24,000 nucleotides of DNA from Peptococcaceae bacterium (GTDB lineage Bacteria; Bacillota; Desulfotomaculia; Desulfotomaculales; JACDOK01): NCBI GenBank assembly GCA_017656185.1, contig JACDOK010000005.1, forward strand, positions 49,201-73,200, given 5' to 3'. Within the stretch, counting starts at the first letter, position 1; every line of letters starts with the position of its first letter. Of this stretch, positions 22,245 to 24,000 are shown one piece after another. The notes beneath the pieces were generated by a model. It was given only the letters and a program-made list of their open reading frames with translations. It was not told where the DNA came from and ran no database searches. The translations under genes and the position numbers were made by a program.

Positions 22245-23122
22245 TGCTATACCGGCCCCACCAGGTTGGGTTAAGCGTGGCGTTGATCAGCGGGTTAATT
22301 AGCTATGCGTTGTGGCGCGACTTTATTCCATGTGGAATATACGGTTGTCCGGCTGATGTTACACTATTGGGATTCTCTATAGCCGCCTGGGGTGCACTTT
22401 TTTACTTAACTGTTGCACTTCTCTTCTGGTGTGAAGCGTACCGGGTATTACCGGTGGTCTTGGGCACGGGTATTCTGGTGCATGCGGGGTTGTTTCTTAC
22501 AAACCCTCAATTTTGCTGGTTATGCATCATCCTTTTCTGTCTATCCCTGGGAATGCTGGGGCTTGTGCTGTCAGCCCAGCCGCCGGCCTTGGCTTTTATT
22601 GCCAATAAACCGGGCAATGTGGTTGTGGTCCTTCTTATCATTGCCGCCGCCGGTTTGGGGATAGGGGTGTCTTATGACATCCATGCTAAAACCGGGTGGA
22701 CACCCTTCAATGCCGTACCTGCTAAAAATGCAGTAGCCGAAGCCAGTAACCCCGCCGCTGGCCGGTTACCTCCGAGTTTGCTCGCTGTTACTACGCCCGA
22801 CGGTATCGCGAAAAAAGTGAACCTGGCCGTAAAGCCGGCCCTGGTGATCTCGCCCCACTGCAAACACTGCGGTGAAGTTCTCCAAACGGTCGCCGATCTA
22901 CCTCAAGACCGCCGGCCGTATATCATAGCCTTAAACGGCAGTGAAGCGGAAGTAAAAAATAAGCTCGCCGACGCCGGGTTATCCCCGGCCTTTTACTTTC
23001 TCGATGAAGATTTATCCCTGCAATGGGTGCCTTCCCTGGTATGGATGGAACAGGAGAAACGCTGTTTAGAAGATGGCATAGGCCCGGATGACCTTTTAAA
23101 AATCCTAAAGAAGGTGATGTAG
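22244..23122 (+). CDS. VKOR-like membrane oxidoreductase fused to a thioredoxin-like domain (DsbB/DsbA-analogous), 292 aa
   Basis: ATG overlaps the tadV stop (ATAATG). Loop Cys pair CGIYGC (22331-22348) is followed by LLGFSIAAWGALFY. Membrane-embedded CWLC is at 22514-22525, with about 5 TM helices. The C-terminal soluble domain carries SPHCKHCGEVL (CxxC at 22859-22870). Confidence 0.6.
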   Translation: MLYRPHQVGLSVALISGLISYALWRDFIPCGIYGCPADVTLLGFSIAAWGALFYLTVALLFWCEAYRVLPVVLGTGILVHAGLFLTNPQFCWLCIILFCLSLGMLGLVLSAQPPALAFIANKPGNVVVVLLIIAAAGLGIGVSYDIHAKTGWTPFNAVPAKNAVAEASNPAAGRLPPSLLAVTTPDGIAKKVNLAVKPALVISPHCKHCGEVLQTVADLPQDRRPYIIALNGSEAEVKNKLADAGLSPAFYFLDEDLSLQWVPSLVWMEQEKRCLEDGIGPDDLLKILKKVM

Positions 23123-23123
23123 A

Positions 23124-23966
23124 GTGTTCGGATTGGGAAAAGGCAAGGCGAAACCCCGGGTCCCCGTGGCCCTGCTGATATCTCTCGTGATCGGGCTGGC
23201 CGTAGCCGGGGGTACCGGCATGTACCTGAAAGACAGCCTGGCAAACACATCCGAGACTATAGAGGTAGCCGTACCGGCCAGGAACATCCCCCCGTACCAT
23301 ACCATTACGGCCAGCGATCTGACCTGGCGTACCATCGCGCCCCAACAGCGCGAACCCAACACAGTGGTGACGCCCGATGCCCTTGTGGGAAAAGTCGCCC
23401 GGGTCACGCTCTACAAATCAGAGCAGATCCGCCGCGAACGCCTGGCGGGCCCAAACCTGCTGGCGGGGTACGAGTTTGTCACCGTGAACATTGACCTGGC
23501 CCGATCCGGTGGTGCCAGCCCTGGTGACATCGTGGACGTATATGCTTTAACCATGACCGAAAGGTCGTCCTGGGTGTTGGGGAAGAAGAAACCTGTCGCC
23601 CGGAACGCCATCGTCCTGGATCTCTGGGACGGCCAAGGGAACCGGATTGACACAGCTACCAGCGGTGTAGGCTTAGTGGAAGCGACGACTAAAGCCCTTT
23701 CCGCCGGGGGCAACAAACCACCGGCGGTCGCCCGCCTGGCTGTACGGCCGCAGGATGTCAGCGGGGTGGTACCGGGAGCCGCTGCGGGATCCCAAACCAG
23801 TATCGTCCTGGTTGTCAAAAACAAGCAAAAACCTGTTGAAAATGAAAGGGGGGCTTTCAGCTCCAGTGAAGAAATGGAAGCAGCTGGGCGAAAAGATCAA
23901 GAACTGGGCAACCGAGGAGGAGAAGCCGGAGCCGGTAACGGAACAGAACAAGCCCAAAACCATTGA
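23124..23966 (+). CDS. Second CpaB/RcpC-like SAF-domain protein, 280 aa, with low-complexity C-terminal tail
   Basis: GTG after AAGGTG. N-terminal TM (VALLISLVIGLAVAGG), then an SAF-like IEVAVPARNIPPYHTITASDLTWRTI...ALVGKVARVTLYKSEQI. The tail is Gly/Glu/Ala-rich. Confidence 0.6.
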   Translation: MFGLGKGKAKPRVPVALLISLVIGLAVAGGTGMYLKDSLANTSETIEVAVPARNIPPYHTITASDLTWRTIAPQQREPNTVVTPDALVGKVARVTLYKSEQIRRERLAGPNLLAGYEFVTVNIDLARSGGASPGDIVDVYALTMTERSSWVLGKKKPVARNAIVLDLWDGQGNRIDTATSGVGLVEATTKALSAGGNKPPAVARLAVRPQDVSGVVPGAAAGSQTSIVLVVKNKQKPVENERGAFSSSEEMEAAGRKDQELGNRGGEAGAGNGTEQAQNH

Positions 23967-24000
23967 CGACTGCACCCGTTTCATTCGCAGAATGGCCACG
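23842..24000 (+). CDS. Possible 5' part of a further gene running off the window (alternative frame overlapping the cpaB-2 tail)
   Basis: The frame is open from ATG 23842 (or GTG 23866) to the window end: MKGGLSAPVKKWKQLGEKIKNWATEEEKPEPVTEQNKPKTIDDCTRFIRRMAT. The SD is weak and the stretch is too short to judge. Confidence 0.2.
   Translation, partial: MKGGLSAPVKKWKQLGEKIKNWATEEEKPEPVTEQNKPKTIDDCTRFIRRMAT

Larger units (their letters stand above)
838..24000. mobile_element. Integrated genomic island (partial; right boundary outside window) carrying a tyrosine recombinase, ParB-like protein and a Tad/Flp pilus locus
   Basis: It starts exactly where tRNA-Leu identity breaks (837/838). A recombinase gene lies ~800 bp inside. 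All genes are co-directional, opposite to the flanking chromosomal gene. There are embedded AT-rich cargo islets and a TA module. Confidence 0.55.

Noticed and set aside
12884-23966. Treating the absence of a secretin (RcpA/CpaC), TadD or a TadF-like gene as evidence of an incomplete or degraded Tad system
   Set aside because: The other features (SD usage, copper-amine-oxidase-N-domain protein, no outer-membrane components) point to a monoderm Firmicute, where a secretin is not expected. The operon otherwise shows no frameshifts or premature stops.

Overview
The window spans a chromosome/island junction. The left ~840 bp is chromosomal. It holds an AT-rich spacer with an (ATTTA)7 microsatellite, a minus-strand DsrE/DsrF-like gene, and the 3' portion of a type-II tRNA-Leu(CAG) that breaks off in the anticodon loop but keeps its own intrinsic terminator. 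From ~838 to the window end every credible gene is on the + strand, which reads as an integrated island whose right end lies outside the window. In order it carries a sigma-70 region-4-only regulator, a tyrosine recombinase with no canonical start codon, two small hypotheticals, and a ParB-like protein with a long Cys-rich C-terminal extension. These are followed by a DUF192 protein, a hypothetical, and a secretin-less (monoderm-type) Tad/Flp type IVc pilus locus. The main tad block (12884-23966) is a tightly packed, partly translationally coupled run: TadG/E-like pseudopilin, TadA/CpaF ATPase, TadB, TadC, a 37-aa hydrophobic peptide, a Flp-like pilin, a TadE/DUF4320-like protein, a membrane hypothetical, CpaB, a stand-alone GGDEF cyclase, two ParA/MinD (TadZ/CpaE-like) proteins, the TadV prepilin peptidase, a VKOR-thioredoxin fusion and a second CpaB. 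A third TadZ-like gene (5706-6977, pseudo-receiver plus degenerate Walker A) is separated from this block by ~5.9 kb of apparent cargo. The cargo is an AT-rich MqsR / MqsA-Panacea toxin-antitoxin module, a copper-amine-oxidase-N-domain secreted protein, an ~897-aa secreted beta-propeller + 2xCARDB + Cys-rich protein, and an AT-rich islet. That islet has a lone PBECR-like nuclease gene and a strong promoter driving a structured ~100-nt RNA followed by two tandem terminators just upstream of the tad operon. The points most worth follow-up are the GGDEF/TadZ/VKOR decoration of a mobile monoderm Tad system, the unassigned leader RNA, and non-canonical pilin signal peptides. All calls come from reading the sequence and ORF translations by eye; no database search was run.
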